In this document: positions 24,075 through 37,110 of the stretch, piece by piece
Numbering within the stretch: position 1 is the first letter of the stretch
Layout of the letters: each line of letters begins with the position of its first letter
NCBI GenBank assembly: GCA_018398765.1
Contig: JAHBMJ010000224.1
Location: 1-53,552, forward strand
Direction of reading: 5' to 3'
Source of the DNA: Chromera velia
Lineage: Eukaryota
DNA length: 53,552 bases
Made by a program: the position numbers and the translations under genes
The notes under the pieces: model-generated
Databases searched by the model: none
What the model was told of the DNA's origin: nothing
The model's input: the letters and a program-made list of their open reading frames with translations, nothing else

Positions 24075-27000
24075 ATGTTCAGACAAGGTGATCTGGTCAC
24101 CTTGAAAAAAGGCGGTAGAAATCATGAGGATGTCTTCGTGGTTTTGTGTGGGAGAGGGGAATTTGTGGCTCTGAAGGAGCTGAACAATCCAGAGGTGTTC
24201 GTCGAAGAGGTTGGAAATGTGAGTGGTGATGGAGAGCAAGGAGGTTCTCGAAGGCCATCGCCTGCTCTCTGTAGGTCCTGACGTCTCAAAGGTGCTCTTT
24301 TATGGCATGAACCATAACTTCGGTTTTTTTCCCAGGTGTCGCAGATGTCAAGAACCCTTATTTTGTCCTCCAGAAGAGAAAGGACAAAACTGAAGGTTCC
24401 TCTTCTTCCTCGTCCTCCGCCTCCGCTGCCACTCTCACGAAGTCGGGTCCTCGTTCGTCCACGAATCTGAAACAGGAGGAAAGAGAACCTGTCAGTCGGA
24501 ATCCGCATGTCGTTGTTCGGCCACGTATTTTCTCTGGTGTCTTTCGCGCGTCGACCGAAAGCGTCTCGTGTGCCTGCCTGCTTGCGTAGGGTCTCCATCC
24601 CGATTTCATTCGCTCCCACCTTTTTCAGCTGCGCTTCGTCGTTTGACAATGTCCCGCTCCCTTTCTTCCTCCCTCTGTCCTCCGTTTGCGTGTATGGACG
24701 TGCAGGCGCGGCGTTCGAAAAGAAGCCGAGAAACCAAGCAGCAGAAGGAGGAGACGGAGACGGCGAAGAGAACACGCAGTGGTCTGAGCAGAGGAAAGCC
24801 TGCTGAAGAAGAGGCAGAAATGGAGGTGCGCACGCTTCCTTATCTTCCTTGTTTTTCCATTGCCTGATTTGATGCTACAGTAGATTTCGTTTGCATCGTG
24901 TGGGGCATGGTCATCCCGGTCCCTTCTCAGATTTGTTTATTCTATTCGTATTTTCTTGCAAACACGATTTTGATCGACATGGGCGAGGGTAATGGCTGCT
25001 TCCTCTCTGCCACACGGTCGGGCTTTTCCCTCTATTCTAAATTCCATGCCCAACTCGCCACGCTGCCAACATCGTTAAGTGGCTTCTTTCTTTTGTCACT
25101 CAGTGCGCCGCTTCTCTCTTTGCATGCAGGGTGAGGGTGACACCGCATCTCGGGGGGCAGCAGGCAGAAGATCCACAAGAGTCAGCTGAGCGCCTCTCCT
25201 CTCCCAGGCAGCTGCCAAATTTACGTTCTCTTTGGTTCCACCCCTTTGCTCTTCTGGATTTGGAAAAGCCCTTCTCCCTCTTCGTGGTGTCACTCTCCGC
25301 CTCCTTTCCTGCATCTGACTCTGCCCGGATGCACGCATCCTTTGTCCAGACATCCATCTTTTCTCTTCAACCCCTTCAATTTGGTTTGTATCACCACTAG
25401 CAGGTCCAGAAAGAGGAGGCGGCAGCAGGAAGTCTTTCGAGGTCTCTTGACGGAATTAGTGCTGCCACTCAGAAGAGGGGAAGGGGCCGGCCGCGGGGCT
25501 CGACTAAGGCTGTCAAGCTTGCAAAGCAGGTGGGGGGCATGCACGACGGGAGTGACGCGGAAGATGCAGAGACCCGCGGGCCGCTGTCGGCACTCGATGG
25601 ATGTCCAAAGGTGAGCCGTCTCTTTTGGGGGTTCTTTCCGACCGACTCTTTTGACGCTCACGCTTGAGTGAGTGCATGGTGAATGTCTGCGTCCAATCGT
25701 ATTTCCTCACCCTGCCTGAGTATCCAGTCTTTCTTGATTGCATCACACTTCGCTCAAATTGATCCCTTGGTCGATGGGGGCGAAAATGAAGAAATGGACA
25801 TCCAGCAGGCTCGCGTTCCAGTTTGAATTCGTGGGGGTCCGCTGTTGACTCTCTCTCTCTGCCTTTTCCTCAACGTGCAGGTGCAGGAGAAAAACCCCAA
25901 ACGGGAAGGAACGGTTGAGGGAACGAACGCAAAGCCTCGGCAAAAGGCTCCAAAAGGCCTCTCACAGGTGTGTCAATATCCTTCCACTAGATTTAAAATT
26001 TCGCTTCATTTGATTTCCATCACTTCCTTTCGTTTCACCCCTTTCTCCTTTCTGAGAGCTTCCTGCAAGATTTTTCTGTCACCCGAGCTTCACCGAACTT
26101 CTGTCAGTGGATGACTAGCCGACATGGACAGACACAGTCTTATGCATGTCCAGTGCTTGTTTCTTGGAAGCAGTGCGTGTGCATATCCTGGGACTCTGCC
26201 AGTCACCAAATGCCCTTAATTCTTCTACATTCATTCATGCGCGGATCCGACCGACTGTATCGGGGGGGTTCTCTTTGGCCCCATTCTCTCATAATTCCGT
26301 TTCCTCCCCTTCACTCACTGCGGTCCTCTTCTTGCTTGGCTGCTGTTGATGAATCGATCATTCATGCAGTGTTGGAGAGGTGCCGCTGCCGTGTCAGCGT
26401 CTTCCTCGGTGGACAGGAGAGACGGTCAAACCGGCAAGGACGGGAAGAAGGTGAGACACACTCTCGTATTATCAGCACATTGCAGCACGTCAGGCATTGC
26501 AAAACAAGACTGACTCCTCGCCCGTCATGCCGTTTCCTCCCGACAGGCATTTGCCTACACACACCATGAACCTTCATTTCCCTGTGGCCTTGTCATGTCA
26601 GGAAGTAAGCAAGGAGGGAGGTCAATGTTTTACGTTGCAACCGCCGAAGTATCGTCGTCGCGTCTGCCTGAGAGTTGCTGCATTTCATTTATATGTTTCA
26701 TGATTCCTTGCGCATCTTTCTTTCTTCCTTCATTCCCTTCTCCCTCCAACCTCAGCCTCGCTTGCTCGGTTCGTCCCTGGTGGGGGCTTCCTCTTGTTCA
26801 GCTCGTGCCTCAGCAGGAGCCGCAGCAGCAGCAGCAGCAGCCAGTGCTTGTGCTGCAAAGGAGTGGCGTGTCGAGGATGCGCTGGCAGAACTGCTGGTGG
26901 TGAAGATCAGTGGAGGGCAGAAACGGAGGGAACTGGCGAGGGCGGACAGAGGGGGGGGAGGAGTATCGCAGTCATCGTCTGCCTGTGCAAGTGCGTCCTC

Positions 27001-28300
27001 CTCTTCTGCTAGTGCAAGTGCGTCCTCCTCTTCTGCCTGTGCAAGGGTTGGAATGGAGGGGCGTCAGGCGGGAGGGGTCAGAGTGAAGGCAGAAGAAGGG
27101 GGAGAGCCTGAGAGAGTGGCTGAGGGAGGCGCAGAGGAAGACGAACCCGAACCCAGGGTCCGTCTTGCCCGCCCAGACAGATGAAAGAGAACTTTATCAA
27201 TCCTTGCGGCTGCTATCAAGAAATATGATGAAGTTGTTGTCTGACCATCTGCACATAAAATTGTCTCAGACTGAGAGACGCAGACTAAAATCCGAGTGAT
27301 GTCGCTGCGTGGAGTGACCAGTCAAAGGACTTTCTTGCAGACCGCAGCAAAAGCTTCCCTTGGGTCTGTATGTCTGCCGAAATCTTTCGGATATCTAAAG
27401 TGTGAGGAAGGCTGTCAAAGCAAGACATGATCTCTTTTATCCCTGTTTCATTGTCAATTTTTTCTTTCAGTTTTCTCCTTGCCTCTCTTTCCCTTGCTTT
27501 GTCTCCCTCCCTCATAATGGGCCTCATTGAACGGATGCAGGAGGCCAATGAATCCACTGCCACTAAGCCGGCCCTTCTTCTGGGCGCCTTTGGGGTGGGG
27601 AAGTCATTCATCACAGACACCCTCATTGCCTCTGGTCAGTCAGTGAGTCTGTGACACAGTCAGTCAAACAGCTAGTCAGTCAGTCAGTGACACAGTCAGT
27701 CAGTCATTGCGCTTTGAGATGGCTGTACGTCTCTCTTCCATCCGTGCAATATTCTTGCATGCGTTTCATTGAATGGCATTTGCCCGTAGTGCTTACCTGC
27801 AGGTTGCAGAATGGATGGAGTCGTCAATTCAAAATTTTCTGCTCTGACGTTTTTTCGGTTGATTTTGCTGCAGGACTCCCTGCTGACCAACAGCCCCTCG
27901 ACTGGGATCAGAGACTCCTTCCCGTGGCGGGGGAGGACAGTTACGTGTCGACATCATCTGAGAGCGTGATGCACGATAAGGCACTGAACGAAGCGGACGC
28001 TTACACAATCACTGTCAATGGTTCTGAAAAGAGAAGCCAGTTCATGGGTATGTGTGGTTGCCACAAACAGAGAGAAGGGGGCGACAGCAAGCGAAGTGGT
28101 GAGTCAGCGAACAAGGAAATTCATGATGAGAAATAGACAAGTAGAGAGAGAGCCCCGATGAACCGTCCCAGTCCTTTTCTCTTGTCTTGTCTTTTCTATT
28201 GTCCCCTCCCTTTATGGTGGAACTCTTTTCTTTGTTTTCTCCACCCATCCCGGGCTGGTCCTCTTTCCTTTCCTCTGTTTATGCTTCTGCAAGTCACCCG

Positions 28301-28340
<40 letters not shown>

Positions 28341-31300
28341 CTGCAGATAATCATGAAGGCGGTCAGAGAGTTCTGCAACGAGTCGCGAGGGTCGGCAGAC
28401 GAGGCGAGGAGGAGGGTGAAAGAGGAGTGGCCAGAGCTCTGGAAGGCACTTGGGAGACACTTCTCGATCTGCTTCTCTGGCCAACAAAAGAGTCAGTCAT
28501 CCAGTGAGTCGAGGCGACCAGCAGGCCTCTCTTGTTTCTTGCTGTCCCACACCATTTCAGTTTATTCCACTCTGATGTAATTCAACCGCACACTTACTCA
28601 TGCATTCGTTTATGCATCGGCAGTTGCATGGAAAGGAAGGGAAAGAGCTTTCCCCCTTCTTTCTATTAATTGATGCTGGCTTGTTGCCATTATCTGGCGA
28701 TGTTTTTCTGGTTTCACTCGCGAGAGGTGCTTCCGCGAGTTTCGGGGGTGCCATGAACATCGGAGCATCAGCTTCTCTCAGTTCAAGCAGCTGGTGATGG
28801 TCACCGTCTTGCGACTTATTGGCTCGGCTCCGGGGAGTGGTCAGGATCTGTGCACATGCCAAGAATCAACGATGAAAAAGGTCTGCCTGCACTGCACTAC
28901 ACGGGTGGTCATCTATTTCGCAGTTCGGATCGGTTGAGCTGCCTTTTGCTTTCCCAGCACCGAGCGGGCTCGTGCCGTCTGTGGAGCTTGTTTCTTTGGA
29001 TCGGTCTCATGTCAGCTTTCTCTCGGTCTCTCTGGATGTCAGTTTGTCTGTCTTGCCTTGCTTCTTGAACCAAATGGGAATGCGTTCAGGCTCTTCGCAA
29101 ACGCCTCGCGTCGGAGATGCTGGGACCTTCGGCAGCGTGGCCCTCTGAGAAACGCGACGTCGCGATGTTTCAGGCAGCAGTCAAACAGCTCTGTCCGCTC
29201 TGGCCGAGCACGTTGCTGGTGACACCCATACTGGACATCCCAGGAACAAACGATGCCGATTCGCTGAACGCGCAGAAGGTGGCAGAGGTCTTGAGGGTCA
29301 GTCTACCTTCCCACCTGCCTGCATGCATGCCTCTCTATCAGAAGTGCTTCCATCGTATATGTGGCTTTTGACACGATTTCGAGACCGACTTGAGGCAAAA
29401 ATTGACATGTTCGTCGTTTGCCTCGCCTATCTTCTCCGTCGAGACTTGTTGCTGGCCAGGGAATTCTCCTCTGTTCGAAAACTGCTTTCTCTTCATTTCT
29501 TCGCTTCAGCGCTTTTCTGCTTCCTTGCCTTCCTTCCTTTCTATGCGTCGGTGCGTTCGCCTCTCTCTCTGTGTCTGTCGTGTTTGTCTGTCTGTCTGTT
29601 TCTTTGTATGCGTGTCTTCGTGCACAGGCAGGAAGAGAAAAAGAGGGAAAACAGGTGACACCATGTGTTTGAACGTGTGCAGGAAGATGTCGATTCCATC
29701 GCTCTCCTTCTCGACAAGAATGAGAAGAGCGGTCTCGAGGCCCTGTATGAGTGCGGCATTCTCCAACGGCTGCGGGCCTCTGTAGAGGGAGGTGTGGGGG
29801 CAGCGAGGGGGAGCAACGAAGAGGGAGGGGGTGGTACATCATCTGCCAGACCCCCACGCGTCTGTCTGTGCTTCAACATGGAGAAGCGCACATCCAACAA
29901 ACCCCTCACGACTGTCGAAGTGATCAGACAACTCGTTGTTCCCTCCTCTTCTGTCGAATCGACGCGGCCGAGGGAAGACAGAGAGATGGAAGAGAGAGGA
30001 AGCGACTCTGATGCAGAGAATGAAGAATCAGAGAAGGGGAAGAAAGGGAAAGACAGGGAGGGTGCCGAAAGTGACTCAGAAGATGATGATGTTTCCCCCA
30101 CCAGCGCCGGCAATGCAAAGAAGAATGAAGAAACTGGGTCAGTAAGGGATTCACAAAGAGGTGAAGGGCGACAGATTGATTGCATGTGAGCTCTCCAAAT
30201 TGAAACTCGCCGGATGGATACGTTCTGTCTTCACTCTGCGCTTGAGGGCCTTTGCCTTGGATTTGCCATCATTCCTTCTGAAAAAGTGAACGAGTGTGTA
30301 TACGACGGCAGATGCAGATTTTAACTGGCCTCGCTTCCTACTGACCCTTGTGTCCTTCATTTTGCTTCCTTGTGTCCACGCACGTTCAAACACATACCGA
30401 TGGATACGTGCGCGGTATGGATCGAGATTCTGCAGGCAAGAGAAGAGAAGAAAAGCCGAAACGATGATGAGGGAGAGCTTCTGGGAATTCTGGCGAGGCA
30501 AGGACCCCTCGCTTTCAGATGCCGTCTTCAACAAAGTGATCGAGACAGGGGGCGTCCGGTTCCTCTCCCTGTATATCTCGGCCTTTCGGGAGTGCATGCT
30601 GAACCCCGAAGAAGTGAAAGACCACCTGTCTGCTCGATTGACGAAGAGGTCCAGCAGGAAGAGGAATGAGGAGGAGCTTGATAAGGTCGGTTTGGTGCCT
30701 TCAGAGTCACCATGCAGATGCAGATTAACGTCAACCGAGGAATTTCTCGTTGCCCCCACGGACTCTCTCAGAGCAATTGTTTCTCTCTTTTGTTGTGCGA
30801 TTTTGCATCCCGAGATTGAATATCTTTGAGGACAAAATCACCGGTGGAGACCGTTTGATATTGAAACACCGTTGGCGAAAAAACAGTCATATTGTGTGTC
30901 GTGTTTTTTGTGCACATCGCAGCTGAAGAAGCTGACGCATGTGCCGAACTTTTTGGAGTTTCTGGAGGGGAACAATCCACGTTGGATGGAGAGCGATGTG
31001 AGGAGAATTCAGGCTGCACAGAGACACGCTGTCCCTCTGTGTGGGGAGAGTGTGAGCGAGAAGCTCTTCTCCCAGCTCTCCAACAGGGAGATTGGGGAGG
31101 TGGTCATTTCCCTCAAGGGTCTGATGAAACCCACGTATCCCACCGACCGACTGAATGAAGAGTTTGGCAGCATGACGGCATGCAAAGACTTTCGTGGGGC
31201 GTGGGAGAAGGCCCTGATGGAGTCTTGGGATCTGACGGAGGAGTCCCGTTCCACTTTTGATTTCGGTGACGCCCTCTTGGCCAAGTTCACCGAAGTCGTC

Positions 31301-32151
31301 GAGAGTGTGTGTGGGGGGAGGGTCATGTCGAGTCTCTGCAGACAGATCGAGACAGTCGTCAACGATATGCACGAACGCAAACTTCTGGAGCAAAAGTCAC
31401 TGAACCAGCTGAATTTCTTCCGACCTGCCCACAACCGTCTCTACGCCGAGATGCACGAGCGAGTGTTCTTGAAGGAGCAATTCAGGGTCGAGACCGAAAT
31501 GGCACACGAGCTCAGGTTAGTTCGCCTGGTTTAGTGCAAAGATCTCTCTTGAAGGACACAAGAAGGGCAAGCAAAAAATTCCCAGATGTACCTATCCATC
31601 AGACTCGCAAGGGCTGCACATGGAGAAACATGATGGAGGTTTTGTTAGTGTCGGTGCCTACGTGCTTCGGTGGTTTTCTTCAGTCCTCAGGCCAGACACA
31701 ACATCTTGTGCGCACACCGTTGAATACTTTTTGTCTTCCTCAACAACTGTCCCGATCCATGTGGAATTTTCTATCCTCTTCTTTTGGTCTCTGGTTGTCT
31801 CTTCTGCTTCAATGCTGCGTCATCACTGATTCCCTCTCAAAGTCCTTTTACATGTTTGTTTTGTGAGTTGGTTCCTTTCTGCAGGACTCAACTGGGACAC
31901 TGGTGTGAAGAGCGGTACAGGGAAAGGGTCCCTCTGTGGGAGGAGAAGCTCCGTGTCCTGATGGAAGCACTGGCTGGAGTCCTCCCGAAGGGCAGGCTGA
32001 GGAGTGAGAATGACAGGCTTGTAGCGGTGCAGAAAGTCCTCTCAGAGGTGTTTGAGGAATTCGTCCCGGCGTTCGTCAGCAGACTTCAACCCGAGTCAGT
32101 CAGTCAGTCAGTCAGTCAGTCGAAATATCTCCCCCCCTCCCCCCCGCCCCC

Positions 32152-32201
<50 letters not shown>

Positions 32202-32208
32202 CTCGCCC

Positions 32209-32247
<39 letters not shown>

Positions 32248-33365
32248 GCGTGCGTGTGTGCGCTCTCGTGTGAGAGAGAGAGAGAGAGAGAGACAGAGAG
32301 AGGGAAGGTCTAGGAGAGCCAGGAAAGTTGTGAGTCAGGTCTCGTCTTAGTGCAGACGGCTGAAAGTGGGGACAGAAAGCTTTCAGATTGTTGCAAGTCA
32401 CCTGTTGCGGTCCCATTTCCGCAAAATTAAGAATGCTCTCTCTGTCGCTCTGAGACTTTTGATGAATCCTGCCCCGTGTAAATATAAATGAAAGTGCAGT
32501 TCTCTGATGCCACTCGATCTGGAGAAGGAGATCTTCAGGCCCTCTCGGGCAAGCGCGGTGAAGTGGGCCATGACGGAAATTCGAAATGAAGTCAAGGAGG
32601 ACGAGAGCTTCATCGGAGGGAGAAAGACCCTCTGTGAGGCCATTCTGAAGGGAACCGAGAAGATCAACGAAGGATTTGTGGACAGGTTCTCCAAGTACTT
32701 CAAACACTACGTGTTCCAGGAGTCTGAGTTCGCTGAGGTCCTCACAGGCACAAAGCACAGAGACCGGCGCTCCGGGGTTCTCTGCACTGTCCTCTCCCAT
32801 CTGAAGGTGTATGACGGTCCGAGACGGGCTGTTTCTTTGAAGAATCCTTTCTTGCCTGCACCCCCGAGGGGTCGCACTCAAAGGAAGCTCTTTCAGGTTC
32901 GTTGTTTCGTTCGTTGGGTGGGTGGGTGGTTGTTCTGCTTCTGTTTTGGTCTGAATGCGTGACGTTTCTTCACATCGAAGTTCAATCAGTTCATCTTTTT
33001 TGCCCGTTCCGAGTTTGAGGTAAGTCGATCGACCTGAATGTCCCTAGCTCCCATTGAAGCTTCTCCAAGGAGCCGCTTGGACTCACCTTACCTTTGCTTG
33101 GACTGGCTTTGGTATCCTTCTCAGGGTTTTGTCATGTAAGAGGAGTGCATATGCGCACAGTTTTTGTTCTTTGATATTCAGTTGCTGTAGTGACTCTCAT
33201 GGATGCTCGCAGGTCCTCGAGGACATCATCTTTTGGATTGCGGAGTGGCTGCTCGAGGAGATCGGGAAGAGGCCAGAGTGCGAAGGAGAGGTCGGCCAGT
33301 TTTTGCAATGCACTGCAGTTCAGGGCTTGCTTGAAGTTCCTGGATGGATCATGCGGACCGGTTGA
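24075..33365 (+). CDS. Multi-exon AT-hook plus dynamin-like (Dynamin_N / SLIP-GC-like) P-loop GTPase; start uncertain
   Basis: Exon 25404-25610 encodes KRGRGRPRGS. Exon 27541-27634 encodes LLLGAFGVGKS (G1) and splices in phase to 27874 (RLLPVAGEDSYVST). Exon ~29090-29297 encodes ILDIPGTND (G3). Further helical exons lie at ~29683, 30436, 30920, 31884, 32500 and 33213-33365 (stop). Confidence 0.65.
32155..32301. repeat. Compound (CT)n-(GT)n-(GA)n intronic microsatellite
   Basis: Direct reading. Confidence 0.95.
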
Positions 33366-35629
33366 ACTAACGTGCTTTGGGTACTCTGACTGGAAATCAT
33401 CTCGTTGCCTTCATCGCACAGTCGATGTCCTTCTCCGTGTTTTGGTCGGATGCGGTAATGCCACGATAAACCGACCAGTGCAGCAACTTTTCCCAGCATT
33501 CACTTCGCTAGAGTTTCACAGTGATATGAGTTCGAATACGGAGGCAGTGAGAATGCAGAATCGCGTGTCCTTTCTGCCTATGTTGAGGAAGTCGCATTGC
33601 GCCCGCTGCTTTGACAAAAATTCCATAGGATGAGTGTCCCCAATTGGGTGGGTGCCTCTGGGTGTGTGTAAAGGGTCGGAAAATTCCAAGCTGACTGGCC
33701 GGACTTGCAGATACCGAAGTTGGAGGAACTGAGGAGGGAGGTTGAGCGTTACAGGGAGAACATGGCCATCCAAGGAGGCACAGATCCGTCGGTCGTCGTT
33801 GGGAAGCCGTTTTTGGCCCTCCAGAGAAGAAATCAAAGCAGGGCTTTACTTGCGGTCTGAGGGGAGTGATCGCTCGTTGTCCTTCTCATTTCATCCTGGT
33901 AGTGCACGCAAACACAGAGAGGGGGCACAGCGAGGAGGCGGGGAGTTTCGCAGAGGGAAAGGAAGGAAGAGAAGAGTATAGAGGGGAATCGTCTTTGGTA
34001 GTGGCGAGTCGCTGGGGAGTCGATCCCTTGAGTGATAATTTATGAGCGACACGCGTGCATTTCCCGGCTGCCTTTTTATTTTTTCCTTTAGATCGCTTCA
34101 GGAGAGCGAGCAGCATCCTTGATTTTGCCCTTCCACGCGCAGCTGCCGTGCTTCCTGAGACCGCGCACTCCCAGAGAGGAAGCCTGTGAATGCATACAAT
34201 TAGTGGTGGCTGTGGTGCACTATGTGAACGTACGTGATGCTGCATGCATGTAGCGGTTCATTCGAGACAGACGAAAGGAACATAAACGCATGAGATTGGC
34301 GCTGTCAACGCACTGTGACACACAAACCAAGGCTCAAGTGGCCGCCTTCCCGCCTTCCAACATCTCCATCCTCTCGCACACGCAAACTCGGGGAGAGGAG
34401 ACAGACTGACAAAAAGAAAGGCAGGCAGACAGACGGACAGACGGGCGAGGAGAGTGAAAGAGGGCGAGGTGCGGGCTCCCGGGGGGGATGAGTTCGAGAG
34501 AAAATACGCAGGAGTATACAAGATTGTAATGTCCCTACGGGACATGCCGTGGCCCCCAGGGGTGAGATAGGGTGAGAGCATGGTGAGAGCACTGAGAGGT
34601 GCGTCCATGATCGTGGTACATGCATGCAACAGGTTCCCCTTCCCATATTAATATATGGTGCATGACAAAACCCTCAATCACAGTTGTTGGCTGCGCAAAG
34701 GCGTAGTCGCGGTATCTGTAAATGCCGTAGAGGGCCGGAGACGGCTGGACGGGCTTCAAGACGGTTGAGAAGAAGAAATAAGAAGAGCTCTGCTATTAGA
34801 TACGTTTGCTACTAAGAAAATTAATGACGTACAAGGACTTCGCTAACACATGGTGTTAACGTGAATAAATGTGAAAGAGAAAATGAAATTGTAACCGCAG
34901 CAATACATTACTGATAAATTTTTAACAACTTATTTTTGTTTATAAAAAAAAAAATTATAGTGCTCCCCGCTTAAATCTACTTACATTTTTATTTTTTATT
35001 TACGGAGTCAATATATAAGTCTTTTACATACAAGCACACATGCTGTAATGTTTCTTTCATTTACTTTCATTTATATTTTGGCCATTCTAGTAGTAGCATA
35101 GTAGCATATGTAGTAGCCAAACATTATATACGCCTTCTATTATCAACTTGCTCTTTTAAATCATCTAACTGTGACTGAGACTGTGAGCTAGTCTATAAAA
35201 TGTTTGAACACAACGTTATACAAGTCCTAAACTACACGCTTGCTACGCTTGCTGTATCAGTTGCTGTAGTTGATTGTGCTCACTTACTCACTCACCAACA
35301 CACTTAGTCACTGACTCACTGAGACATTCTTGCTTTCCTCACTAATTCACTCACTCACTGTCTCACTTGCTCACTCACTTACTCCCTCATTTTCCCTGTC
35401 TCTCTTCGATTACTCACCCACATACCCAAAGTTAACGGCTTCCATTAACACTCTCACATCCACATGCCCGAACGGCTTTTATTTACACACTCGCTCTCTC
35501 TGTCTCTCTTCGTTTATTTCTATTTACCGACAGGCCCTAGCGGTTTGAAGTTCTGTTTATACACTGAGTCTCATTCTCTCTTAGTGACAGGCTGTCTCTA
35601 TTCATTCAGGTACCCCAATATCTTCTGCT

Positions 35630-35868
35630 AACCTCCCTGAACCTAAGTGCCACTTAAAAAAATATAATCAAGATCATCTCTATCTGCAGCATCTTTTTTT
35701 AAGAGACCGTCCACGCCTGCGGCGTAGACTGTCAGTCAAGACACCGTCCAGATATGCAGCTTTGGCTTTCAAGACACCATAAATGATCCATGCCCTGTGG
35801 CATGGACTTTCAAGCTTATCCAAAAATGCGGCCTGAACTTTTAAATGGTAGTTAGGTTTAGGGAGGTC
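35630..35868. mobile_element. MITE (239 bp) with ~30-bp TIRs and an 8-bp TSD, nested in element copy B
   Basis: TSD CTTCTGCT at 35622-35629 and 35869-35876. Left end AACCTCCCTGAACCTAAGTGCCACTTAAAA; right end reverse complement GACCTCCCTAAACCTAACTACCATTTAAAA (25/30). The empty site ATATCTTCTGCTGACATG is seen in copy A (~5631-5648). Confidence 0.9.
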
Positions 35869-35884
35869 CTTCTGCTGACATGCT

Positions 35885-37110
35885 TGTCCGAGTCCATGTC
35901 CCTCTTCATTCACTCACACGCCCAACCGGCTCCTGCTCACCTAGCCTGTTCACACCGGTTCACACACTCGCTTTCCCTGTCTGTGTTCATGCACCCACAC
36001 CGTCATGACGCCCCAAACGGCTTCTGTTTACACACTTGCTCTCCATGTCTCTCTTCATTATTCTTCAGTGATTCACTACATGAGGCCCAAGCGGCTTCTG
36101 TTCACACACTTGCTCTCTTTGTATCTCCTTGTCTCTCTTCATTCACCCACGTGCCCAAACGACTTCTGTTCACACATTTACTCTCCTTGTCTCTCTTAAT
36201 TCATCAGCAGGCCCAAGCGGCTTCTGTTCATGCACTTGATATCTCTTCATTCATCCACAGGCCTAGCCATAGGCCCGAGCAGCTTTTGTTCAATGACACA
36301 CAATTGATCTCTCTTTATTCATCCATAGGCCCAAACGGCTCCTGTTTCTAGCTTCTGTTTACACACTTATTCTCCTTGTCTCTTGTTTTTCGCCCGCATA
36401 TATATGCCCAACCAGCTTCTGTTCACACACTCGCTCTCCTTGTATCTCCTTGTCTCTTTTCATTCACCCACATGCCCAAGCGGCTTCTGTTCACACACTC
36501 GCTCTCCTTGTATCTCCTTATCTCCCTTCATTCACCCACACGTCCAAGCAGCTTCTGTTCACACACTTGCTCTCCTTGTATCTCCTTGTCAGACTCCCTT
36601 CATTCACCCATACGCCCAAACGGCTTCTGTTCACAGACTTGTTCTCCCTGTCTCTCTTCACTCATTCATAGACCCAAGCGGCTTCTGTATATTTCTGTTC
36701 ACACACTTGATCTCTCTTCATTCATCCACAGGCCTAACCAGCGGCCCAAGCGGCTTTTTTTCAATAACACACAATTGATCTCTCTTCATTCATCTACAGG
36801 CCTAAGCGGCTTCTGTTCACACACTCGTTCTCCTTGTCTCGCCCGCATGCCCAAATGGCTTCTGTTCACAAACTCATACATACTTATAAATACGCTCGCT
36901 CTCTCCGTCTCTCTTCATTCATCCACCTGCAGGCCTAAGCGGATTCTGTTATTGCACACACTTCCTTTCCATACCCCTCTTTCTTCATACACCCGCATGG
37001 CCAAACATTCACCCACACGCCCAAACGGCTTCTGTTCATACACTTACTTACCTAGCTTTATCTACAGGCCTAAACGGCTTCTGTTCATATCTCTCCCTCT
37101 TGAACTCACC
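35885..37110. repeat. Internal C/T-rich minisatellite of element copy B
   Basis: Same unit as 5650-7330, with fewer copies. Confidence 0.9.
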
